Part shown: one piece after another, positions 15,394 through 23,340 of the stretch | Layout: every line of letters starts with the position of its first letter | How positions within the stretch are numbered: the first letter of the stretch is position 1 | DNA from: Gracilimonas amylolytica | Lineage (GTDB): Bacteria > Bacteroidota > Rhodothermia > Balneolales > Balneolaceae | DNA: 24,000 nucleotides | Assembly (NCBI RefSeq): GCF_002911695.1 | Contig: NZ_PQBS01000019.1 | Coordinates: 10,002 to 34,001, forward strand | Direction: 5' to 3' | Made by a program: the position numbers and the translations under genes | Notes under the pieces: model-generated | The model's database searches: none | What the model was told of the DNA's origin: nothing | Seen by the model: only the letters and a program-made list of their open reading frames with translations

Positions 15394-16503
15394 TTAGTCA
15401 CCGTCGGCATCCACATAATCTACATTGATATTCAATGCCTGAAGCATATCCACTTTCAGGTTGACGACATTCCGCTGAAGCTCATCGTATGTTGAAAGCA
15501 TGAGGCTGTTATCAGATTCTACCTGAACAGCGAAGTTATCGTTCAAAGTCTGAGCTTCATTTTTTGCATCCTGAAACTGGCTATTTATGATGGATGTGAG
15601 GTCAGCACCATCTTTCATGGTATTGAGATAATCCAGGTAATCATCCAGACTTTGACCATCAGCTTCTCCTTCAAAGTGAGTGCCATTAAAGAAATTGATA
15701 CTCGCTGACAATGCTTCATTGAATAAAGCCTTAGAAAAGCCTTCACTGTAATAAGCCTCAACATGACTGCTTAATGGCGAACCGGAAAAAACACCGGCCG
15801 GAATGCCGATCTTGCCCGCGCGCAAGTGTTTTTCGTAATAATAGATATAATCATTTACCATCATGTCGAGTGAAGAATTAGCTCCGTTTCCAGAGTTACT
15901 TACAAATTCATCCCGATATCCTGATGTCCAGCTGTTTAAGACCTGATCAGTTAGAGTATCGATTCGCAGGGTCAGGTCTGTCAGGTAAGTGCGATAGTTT
16001 TGGGCATCAATGTTGGTGGTGTAATATGATAGTATTTCAATGTCATTATCACCGAGACCATGGATCAGATAATCCAGTGCAGGGAAGCCCTGACTGTCAT
16101 TTAAAGAAGGAAGTGTTAGATCATACCCCCCTTCACTGACATTCTGTTTGATCTCAGTTGTGTCGGTTGGGTATATATTCAGATTATCCCGAAAACGAAG
16201 CTGCATGGCTTCTCCCATCTCAAACATAGAAACATGCTGAAATGCGAGATAAGTATTTTCCCAGGAGTTTCGAAGGGTGTTTAGATTTTGCTGGGTAGGG
16301 GAGGCTGAAAAAGTTTCAGCCGAGGTATGGAGTTGGTCAGTCGCCTCTGATAGATCAGTAAATGAAGGGATGATAATATTATCAGCCCAGTTCACTAAAA
16401 TTGCTTCTCGATCAAAATCATCCGGGTTGGGGCCTGAAGGGCCGTTATTCGTACAGCTCCATAGAAAGAAAACAGTTAATAACAGAATGGCATATTTCTT
16501 CAT
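15394..16503 (-). CDS. Imelysin-like (Peptidase_M75 superfamily) lipoprotein
   Basis: The 369-aa ORF has a lipoprotein signal (FLWSCTNN). It shows a two-lobed helical pattern resembling imelysin-like proteins (LVNWADNIIIPSF..L, W...YLAFQHVSMFEMGEA, a second half with YYYEKHLRAGKIG). Assignment is from memory of the family and was not checked by HMM. Confidence 0.65.
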   Translation of the reverse strand: MKKYAILLLTVFFLWSCTNNGPSGPNPDDFDREAILVNWADNIIIPSFTDLSEATDQLHTSAETFSASPTQQNLNTLRNSWENTYLAFQHVSMFEMGEAMQLRFRDNLNIYPTDTTEIKQNVSEGGYDLTLPSLNDSQGFPALDYLIHGLGDNDIEILSYYTTNIDAQNYRTYLTDLTLRIDTLTDQVLNSWTSGYRDEFVSNSGNGANSSLDMMVNDYIYYYEKHLRAGKIGIPAGVFSGSPLSSHVEAYYSEGFSKALFNEALSASINFFNGTHFEGEADGQSLDDYLDYLNTMKDGADLTSIINSQFQDAKNEAQTLNDNFAVQVESDNSLMLSTYDELQRNVVNLKVDMLQALNINVDYVDADGD

Positions 16504-16516
16504 GGCAAAAATGGTT

Positions 16517-16554
16517 TAAAACAAAAAAGCTGGCAATTTTTCTTAATGCCAGCT
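16517..16554 (-). terminator. Rho-independent terminator/attenuator between the DUF4856-like and imelysin-like genes
   Basis: On the minus strand, AGCTGGCA (16554-16547) pairs with TGCCAGCT (16535-16528) around an 11-nt loop and is immediately followed by TTTTTGTTTT. The 8-bp stem is perfect. Confidence 0.7.
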
Positions 16555-16571
16555 TTATTATAAAAATGGTT

Positions 16572-17780
16572 TTAATTAGCGGCTTGTGCTACTGTGAAAT
16601 CAAATTGAGCCGCAATCGTTTCAGACATTTGATCCAACGTGCTGGTTTCAACATCCCAAAGTCCTTCTCCATCCTCTAACTGAGCTAACATTGCATCAAT
16701 TTCCTCAGAAGAAAGGTAGGGACTATCAGAATTTGGAACACGGCTGAATTTCAGGCTATACATAAACCCATAAGCTTCAGAAAGATCGTGAAAAGCTGCT
16801 CCAAAATCAGGATTGGATTGCTCCAGGGCTGCTTTCCCGGACTGCAGATAGTAGACAGCTCTTACCGAGATCACAGTTGAGATATTTTCCCGAATGATCT
16901 GTGCTTGTTCATCACGAACATCATAAGCTCCGGCCTCAATGGCGGCTCGTCCAAGAATAAAAGCTTCGTAGGTTTCCTGTCCAATTCCGGCAAAATCATC
17001 GTCACCGTCAACCCGCCCAAGATAGGTATTCAGAAAACCACTACCCTCACCGATGGTAGGATTTGCAGGATTGTCAGCATTTCCGAATAAGTATCCGTAG
17101 GCTTCATCCCACTTATGTTCCATGTTGGTATAATTGGAGCCTTCAGCGAGAGTTCCCTCATTATTATCTTCGCGGTTCGTTCCGGCGTCCAATACCGAAG
17201 TACTTAAATAGTTATTTAGCATTTGGTCGGCCATCAAAGCACCGATGAGGCTTTTGCCCACCAGTTGATTGTATTCAAAACCTTTTCCGTTTACATACCG
17301 TGTAGATGAACCATCAGCAATTTGTCCGGGCTGACCGGGGGCTGCCAGGGTATTTTCATTAGGAAATACTTCATTGACCTGAGCGCTGATCCAGCTTTCA
17401 AATTCATTTTTGATATCGGCACTCATCTGAGTGTTGGAAGCAAAATAATCAGTGGAGGCAGCTACTTTGCCTTTTATATTTTTGGTGGCATCATTCAGAT
17501 CCGGATTCTGAAATGGATCGGCATCACCACCATTAGCAGTTTCATTACGATACATTTCCAGGAGCAGCGTTTCAGTGGAATTGTCAAAATCCAGCATGGC
17601 GGAAGTCAACTCTGCGGCCATTTGTATCCGGGTGGTTTGACCGGTAAATGATACAGATGATTCACCGTTTCGGGTAAACTCATAAGTGGCAGGAGCGTCT
17701 ATATTTGGTTCGTTATTATTATCGCAGGAAAAAAGAGAAAGAGCTAATATCGGAAGTAATAATATATTAGAGAGTTTCAT
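16572..17780 (-). CDS. DUF4856-like lipoprotein
   Basis: The 402-aa ORF has a lipoprotein signal (LSLFSCDNN). It shows ATYEFTRNGESSVSFTGQTTRIQMAAEL, RYVNGKGFEYNQLVGKSLIGALMADQMLNNYL and NYTNMEHKWDEAYGY, patterns I associate with DUF4856. This was not verified by search. Confidence 0.55.
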   Translation of the reverse strand: MKLSNILLLPILALSLFSCDNNNEPNIDAPATYEFTRNGESSVSFTGQTTRIQMAAELTSAMLDFDNSTETLLLEMYRNETANGGDADPFQNPDLNDATKNIKGKVAASTDYFASNTQMSADIKNEFESWISAQVNEVFPNENTLAAPGQPGQIADGSSTRYVNGKGFEYNQLVGKSLIGALMADQMLNNYLSTSVLDAGTNREDNNEGTLAEGSNYTNMEHKWDEAYGYLFGNADNPANPTIGEGSGFLNTYLGRVDGDDDFAGIGQETYEAFILGRAAIEAGAYDVRDEQAQIIRENISTVISVRAVYYLQSGKAALEQSNPDFGAAFHDLSEAYGFMYSLKFSRVPNSDSPYLSSEEIDAMLAQLEDGEGLWDVETSTLDQMSETIAAQFDFTVAQAAN

Positions 17781-17819
17781 CTGAGAAGAAAATTGATATG
17801 ATATGGTTAGAGTTATTAT

Positions 17820-17834
17820 TTAGAACAATTCTAA
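17820..17834. promoter_or_regulatory. Palindrome TTAGAA-caa-TTCTAA upstream of the DUF4856-like gene (candidate operator)
   Basis: The 6-bp inverted arms are perfect and lie 40-54 nt upstream of the start codon at 17780, in an AT-rich leader. Confidence 0.3.
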
Positions 17835-17926
17835 GTTAAGGAGCTTTTTAGACGGAATCAAAGCTTATGTAGAATAAATCTAAATTAAAATAAGAAAGCT
17901 ATAGAAATATAAAGGGAGGCGTATTT

Positions 17927-19429
17927 TTAGTCGTGTTGGCGGGGTGAAACGATCTCCATAACCTGACTGAGTATGTTCTTACTGACGCTGAAGATGCGTT
18001 CCTGATGATTCATGGCAAGCATTCTTAGTACCATTCGTAGTTCGGCAAGTAAAATAGGTGGATCGTTGACGAGGGTATCTTCAGCAACGACTTCATTCCA
18101 GTCAATGCCTCGCTCAAATTTCACTCCGGCGCGGGCCATGGTCTTGATGTACACATTGGCCATTAATCCATAACCGATGGTGGTAGGGTGTAGTCCATCC
18201 AGGCTGAAAATACCACCTTTGTAGATCTTTCCTTCCTCGTTGAGCCGGATGAAATCAGTGGTTAGCTTGATGTTGCCGGATTCATCCACCAGGTGTTTTG
18301 TGGATTCTCTGGCAAGCAGGGCATCACCTAGTCCTTTAGGAAGATCGCGAACTAACTCGCCTCCAAGTCGCCTGTGGGCAAGTCCGGCTACATTCTTAGC
18401 GATCGGGACAACTGTCCAGCCGTACTCTTCAGCAATGGATTTGATGATCTTGTTGTAAGCGTCAATTGTAAAGTCGAGTTCAATGACCTGTTCTTTGGTA
18501 AGGTAGGGATGTTTATCGGGATGAAAGTCTTCATCCCAGATCCAAAAGCGGGTGTAGTAATCAAAATAACCCAGACGTTGACTTGAAAGATCGGAATTTA
18601 CGCCACGAATTACGGGTGGGATGGTCACGTAGGGGATCGTTGGCACAAACACCCGACGAGCTCCTAATTTCGAGATCTTTTCAGCCAGTTTTCGGTATTG
18701 TTGCTCAAAATGCTCCGGCCGGTATACCGTATAGTTTCGGTGACCCGGAAACGCCTCAAGGTCATCCTCATCTTCCGTCCAAATGACTTTCAGGTCTGTG
18801 ACGGCAGCAAGTATGTTATTGTGACCATGGCATACGATCAGATTTTCGATACCACCATCTTCTGCTAATATGTGAGCATTATCGATCTGAGAGCGGTTTT
18901 CGTACTCCGGGTTCAGTGTTGGATTAAGCACCAGGCGGGCTGTGGTAAATTTAGCATGCTCCGGCAGCATATTGAATACGGTAAACGATTCCTTGTTATT
19001 AAGGATGTATTCACGGCTGTTCTTTTCTGTGACAGTCCAGGAATCACTGATATTGAATCCCCATATCGATTGATTATGATAGGGAGTGGTTCTTTCAACC
19101 GACAGATCCTTCATGCCACCTTCCCAGTATTTTTTGATCCGCTTGAAGGTTGTGAACATATATTTCGAAGCTGATAGCGCCTCGGTCAGATCAATTTCAT
19201 CTCCGTATTTTTCCGAAAGTCCTCGAACAATGACTTCTATATTCAGAGGTATACCGGCCTGAGCCGTAAAAATGGGTTGATCAAAATCAGGTTTGGGTTC
19301 AAAACACCTGTGGATGAAGGATGGGAAATTGATGTCTGTACGGTAAATGCCACCGTTGTTAAAACCCTGAGACAGGCTGTCACCGATAACGACCAGTTTA
19401 TGTTTAGCTTCCTTCTTTTTCCAGAACAT
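17927..19429 (-). CDS. SGNH/GDSL-family hydrolase, unusually large, no signal peptide
   Basis: The 500-aa ORF has block I VVIGDSLSQGF (Ser18), a block III-like HGHNN (~residue 202) and block V DGLHPT (~residues 411-416). The distance between blocks is far larger than in typical ~200-aa SGNH enzymes. Confidence 0.6.
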   Translation of the reverse strand: MFWKKKEAKHKLVVIGDSLSQGFNNGGIYRTDINFPSFIHRCFEPKPDFDQPIFTAQAGIPLNIEVIVRGLSEKYGDEIDLTEALSASKYMFTTFKRIKKYWEGGMKDLSVERTTPYHNQSIWGFNISDSWTVTEKNSREYILNNKESFTVFNMLPEHAKFTTARLVLNPTLNPEYENRSQIDNAHILAEDGGIENLIVCHGHNNILAAVTDLKVIWTEDEDDLEAFPGHRNYTVYRPEHFEQQYRKLAEKISKLGARRVFVPTIPYVTIPPVIRGVNSDLSSQRLGYFDYYTRFWIWDEDFHPDKHPYLTKEQVIELDFTIDAYNKIIKSIAEEYGWTVVPIAKNVAGLAHRRLGGELVRDLPKGLGDALLARESTKHLVDESGNIKLTTDFIRLNEEGKIYKGGIFSLDGLHPTTIGYGLMANVYIKTMARAGVKFERGIDWNEVVAEDTLVNDPPILLAELRMVLRMLAMNHQERIFSVSKNILSQVMEIVSPRQHD

Positions 19430-19445
19430 TGAACCTTATTTATAA

Positions 19446-19466
19446 ATCTTCTAAGCATAAGAAGAT
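19446..19466. promoter_or_regulatory. Palindrome ATCTTCT-n7-AGAAGAT in the leader of the SGNH hydrolase gene
   Basis: The 7-bp inverted arms are perfect and lie 17-37 nt upstream of the start codon at 19429. This could be an operator or a 5'-UTR hairpin. Confidence 0.3.
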
Positions 19467-19627
19467 AGTTAAGAGTCAGAGGATTCAAAATGCTTTTAGA
19501 AGGAATTACACTCAGCATGTGAATTCAGGTACGTCTCAATCTTAATTACAAAATTCAACACCACATTCCCTCTAAAAACTCTCTATTTTAAGCAGACAAT
19601 AACAAGCCAAAAATAATCAACCCTAAT

Positions 19628-19996
19628 ATGTCCGATAAAAACCGATTAGATCAATTCAGAGAAGAACGTGAGATCATGAACGAAAAAGTGATGGATCTGG
19701 ATCACCTGGGGATCAAACGTTTTTTCAATATGGATACCAACACTTACCGGGATGGGGCGCTTCCGAAACAAACCAAGGAGCTTCTGGGCTTGGTTGCTTC
19801 TGCCGTGCTTCGCTGCAACGATTGCATTGATTATCACCTCGAGCAATGTGCAAAAACCGGTTCAACCAAAGCTGAGATCGTGGATGCCATGAACGTAGCT
19901 TTGATAGTGGGTGGCAGTATTGTGATCCCCCATTTGCGTCATGCAACCAATACACTTGAATTGCTGGAAGAAGAAGGGACGTTAAAGACGGTTTAA
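19628..19996 (+). CDS. Carboxymuconolactone decarboxylase (AhpD-like) family protein
   Basis: The 122-aa ORF contains the AhpD-core CxxC-H pattern (LRCNDCIDYH) in a helical ~120-aa protein. This is typical of small CMD-family peroxidase-like proteins. Confidence 0.75.
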   Translation: MSDKNRLDQFREEREIMNEKVMDLDHLGIKRFFNMDTNTYRDGALPKQTKELLGLVASAVLRCNDCIDYHLEQCAKTGSTKAEIVDAMNVALIVGGSIVIPHLRHATNTLELLEEEGTLKTV

Positions 19997-20802
19997 TTTG
20001 GATATTTCATTGGATCGGGATGAATGAACTCATATTCAAGATCCTTGACCAGTTTTTGAGAAGATATCTGTTTGTAGTCGGCTCCACCCTGTAAAAAATC
20101 AGGTTCATCCATACCCAGTCTATTAGCTATGGTGGTATAAATTTTCTGCTTTGAGGGATGAACCGGGCCGCAAACATTATAGATCTGTGAACGGATCTCA
20201 TTCTTGATCATTAATTGTGTGACCTGAATAACATCCTCACGGTGGACCAGATTTACAGGAGCCTCACCATTCTTTACATTCTCACGGCCGGCCAGATACT
20301 TCACAGGATGACGGTCTTCACCGTACAAACCCGCCAGTCGAAGTATTACAGCATCACTCAAAGCCTTACAGAGTTCACCTTCAGCAGCACATATAACGTT
20401 GCCATTCTTGGGGTCTGGTTTGGTATGGTTTTCATTGATCAAACCTTTTGCGTTTCCATACACTCCGGTGGAACTATACATGATCACCTGTGTGTTGGTT
20501 TCCTTCCAAAGCTCGCCGAGCTGGCGGATGATATCAGGATATGTATTTCTGTTCTCACCCCGCCCCGGTGAAATAGATATAACAACTGAATTTACTTTAG
20601 GAAGCTCAATATTTTGTATTTTATCGATCGAAAGCTGAAGCTTTACGGGCGTGATATTATGTTCTTTGATTCCGGAAAAATTTTGTTTAGATCTGGTGGT
20701 TCCATAGACCTTATACCCATTATCACTGAGGTACTGACCAAGTTTTTTCCCAACCCATCCGCAACCGACGATCAATACGGAGGTAACTGAATCTGATTTC
20801 AT
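19993..20802 (-). CDS. NAD(P)-binding Rossmann protein (atypical SDR / epimerase-like)
   Basis: The 269-aa ORF has an N-terminal dinucleotide fold VLIVGCGWVGKKLG followed by TTR. Its size and pattern resemble NAD(P)H-binding/NmrA-epimerase-like proteins. Confidence 0.7.
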   Translation of the reverse strand: MKSDSVTSVLIVGCGWVGKKLGQYLSDNGYKVYGTTRSKQNFSGIKEHNITPVKLQLSIDKIQNIELPKVNSVVISISPGRGENRNTYPDIIRQLGELWKETNTQVIMYSSTGVYGNAKGLINENHTKPDPKNGNVICAAEGELCKALSDAVILRLAGLYGEDRHPVKYLAGRENVKNGEAPVNLVHREDVIQVTQLMIKNEIRSQIYNVCGPVHPSKQKIYTTIANRLGMDEPDFLQGGADYKQISSQKLVKDLEYEFIHPDPMKYPN

Positions 20803-20865
20803 AATATCTTCACATTAAACAATGTTATTGCGCAACTGTACACTAAACTTATACTAAAATCTGGC

Positions 20866-21930
20866 ATGGAACAATCTAAAACAGGCATTTTATTGGTAAA
20901 CCTTGGGTCACCGGACAGTTATGAACCGGCCGACCTGAAAGTGTACCTGAGAGAGTTTTTAACTGATAAAAGAGTGATCGATTTCCCAACCCCGATCAGA
21001 AAGGCACTTGTGGAAGGGATCATCTTACCTATTCGCCCCAAAGAATCTGCAGAAGCTTATGAACTGATCTGGTGGGATGAGGGATCTCCTTTGATCGTGA
21101 TCACACAGCAGGTGATCGATAAACTTCAAAAAAGACTGGGAGAGAATGTGCCGATCGCCATGGGAATGCGTTACGGTAACCCTTCAATTGAAGCCGGTTT
21201 TGATGAATTGATGGAAAAGAATCCGGATCTGGAGGAGATCTTCCTGATACCACTTTATCCTCAATACGCCATGTCAACCACCGAAACGGTGATCGAGAAA
21301 GCGAAAGAAGTGTGGCAGAGTAAGTATCCACAACTTGAAGTGAAATTCAAGGAGGCCTTTTATGACGATCCCCAATATGTGAAAGCATTGGGTGAGAGTA
21401 TTCGTCCATATATTGAAGAACATGACATTGAGCATCTTCTGTTCTCCTATCATGGTGTTCCGGAACGGCACATAAAAAAGCGCGATATCACCGGTGATCA
21501 CTGCCTCAAATGTGAAGATTGCTGTAATGTGAATTCTCCGGCTCATACCTTCTGTTATCGCCATCAGGATATGAAGACTACACAGAATGTGGCAGAATAT
21601 CTTGATCTGGACAGTAAGGACTTCAGCTATAGTGTTGCTTTTCAATCTAAGCTGGGTATTGACCCCTGGCTACTGCCGGCCACTGATGATGAGCTGGTAC
21701 GCCTAGCCGAAGAGGAGGGTGTGAAGAAAGTAGCCGTTGCCTGCCCGGCTTTTATCTCTGACTGTATTGAGACCCTGGAAGAGATCGGAATACGCGGTAA
21801 GGAAGACTTTGTGGAAGCAGGCGGAGATGATCTGATCCTGATCCCATGCGTCAACGACAGCGATCTATGGATCGATGCGCTTGAAACCTGGTGTACCGAT
21901 ATGCTAAAACCTGCCGAACCCGTAGCTTAA
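20866..21930 (+). CDS. hemH: Ferrochelatase with an internal Cys-rich segment
   Basis: The 354-aa ORF shows GILLVNLGSP, MRYGNPSI, PLYPQYA, the catalytic FSYHGVPE and FISDCIETLEEI. An internal segment reads CLKCEDCCNVNSPAHTFC (residues 213-230). Confidence 0.93.
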   Translation: MEQSKTGILLVNLGSPDSYEPADLKVYLREFLTDKRVIDFPTPIRKALVEGIILPIRPKESAEAYELIWWDEGSPLIVITQQVIDKLQKRLGENVPIAMGMRYGNPSIEAGFDELMEKNPDLEEIFLIPLYPQYAMSTTETVIEKAKEVWQSKYPQLEVKFKEAFYDDPQYVKALGESIRPYIEEHDIEHLLFSYHGVPERHIKKRDITGDHCLKCEDCCNVNSPAHTFCYRHQDMKTTQNVAEYLDLDSKDFSYSVAFQSKLGIDPWLLPATDDELVRLAEEEGVKKVAVACPAFISDCIETLEEIGIRGKEDFVEAGGDDLILIPCVNDSDLWIDALETWCTDMLKPAEPVA

Positions 21931-21981
21931 ATTAATGAAAATCGGTTCATGTCGGTTTGTTGAACAACCGGTCAGAACTTA

Positions 21982-23340
21982 GTGAACATCCTGATGGAAG
22001 ATTCCGGTGAAAAAAGAAAAGTAATGGTATTAGGCGGTGGGATCTCCGGATTAGCCACGGCCTGGTATCTTAAAAAAGCCGGAGTTCCATTTACCCTTAT
22101 TGAAAAAGAGGATAAGGTCGGTGGCGTAATTAGGTCTTCAGAAATTGAGGGAACCGTAGTCAATTTTGGGCCGAATTCACTTCGGGATAAAGATGGCTCA
22201 CTCAGAGCCCTGGCAAAAGATGTGGGATTGGAAGATGAGATGGTAGAGATCTCAGAAGCCTTTAAAACCCGATACATCGTGCGGCATCAGGAGCTTCAGG
22301 AATTGGTGCCATCTCCAAAGACCCTGTTTACCACCAAGGTGTTGTCGGCAAAAGGTAAATGGCGAATATTTGCTGAACCGTTTATCTCAAAGGGTCCCGA
22401 AACCGATGAAAGTGTCGGAGCTTTTCTGGAACGCAGGATCGGAAAGGAAGCGGTTGATTATCTGGTGGACCCGGTCTTTTCCGGGATCTATGCCGGAGAT
22501 ATCTACCAAATGAGTAAAAAGGAGATATTGCCGCAACTGGCAGAAAATGAGCAACAGTTTGGCTCCTTGATCATCGGGGCTTTCCGGTCTAAAAAAGAAA
22601 AGTCTGATGTAAAGCCAACCGTTCTTTCCTTCAAAAAAGGGGTTCAACAGCTGGCAGAGGCCATACAATCAAAGCTTACAGAAAATATCCGCCACGAAAA
22701 GATCCTGAGAGTCACAAATAAGGAGGGGGGATATCTGGTCGAAACGGATAAATCCACGTATCACTCAGATCAGGTTATTTCATGCCTGCCGGCACACGAA
22801 CTGGCGAACCTGTTAGATAACGTTGAGGGAGATCTGAAAGATGCGCTTGGACAGATCACGTATTCGCCCATGGTATCCACTCAGCTTATATTTAAAGGAG
22901 AGAATGTGGATCTTGAAAAGCAGGGATTTGGGTTTTTGATCCCAAGAAAAGAAAACATTCGACTGCTTGGCGCCATTTGGAAAACAAGCATTTTTCCGGA
23001 ATTGAGTAAGGATGATCATTTTCATTTTACCCTTATGACCGGAGGGGCTCACGATAAGTGCTTGTTAAGTGAATCCATAGACGACATCGAACAAGAGATC
23101 CTTCAGGAGTTTGCAAGTCTCACTGGAATAAAGGCTGATCCGTTGTACGTAAGGTCGGTTATGTGGGGAAAGGCGATCCCTCAGTTTCACGTGGGTTACG
23201 AGCACATTCGTGAAGTCCTGAAGCAGGCAGAAGAGAATTATCCCGGGTTGTATTTTGGCGGTAATTACCGATGGGGAGTTTCAGTACCTGATTGTATAAA
23301 GGGTGCAAAAACCTTGGTTCAAAAAACGTTCACATTATAG
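21982..23340 (+). CDS. hemY: Protoporphyrinogen oxidase (FAD-dependent, HemY type)
   Basis: The 452-aa ORF has the FAD fold VMVLGGGISGLATAWYLKKAG and a C-terminal GNYRWGVSVPDCI motif. It is adjacent to hemH. The ORF track starts at GTG 21982, but ATG 21994 (MEDSGEKRKV) is an equally plausible start. Confidence 0.9.
   Translation: MNILMEDSGEKRKVMVLGGGISGLATAWYLKKAGVPFTLIEKEDKVGGVIRSSEIEGTVVNFGPNSLRDKDGSLRALAKDVGLEDEMVEISEAFKTRYIVRHQELQELVPSPKTLFTTKVLSAKGKWRIFAEPFISKGPETDESVGAFLERRIGKEAVDYLVDPVFSGIYAGDIYQMSKKEILPQLAENEQQFGSLIIGAFRSKKEKSDVKPTVLSFKKGVQQLAEAIQSKLTENIRHEKILRVTNKEGGYLVETDKSTYHSDQVISCLPAHELANLLDNVEGDLKDALGQITYSPMVSTQLIFKGENVDLEKQGFGFLIPRKENIRLLGAIWKTSIFPELSKDDHFHFTLMTGGAHDKCLLSESIDDIEQEILQEFASLTGIKADPLYVRSVMWGKAIPQFHVGYEHIREVLKQAEENYPGLYFGGNYRWGVSVPDCIKGAKTLVQKTFTL

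Noticed and set aside
21931-21981. An imperfect hairpin CGGTTTGTT..AACAACCGG lies between hemH and hemY.
   Set aside because: The stem is bulged and no U-run follows. The genes are probably co-transcribed. There is not enough evidence to call a terminator or a regulatory element.
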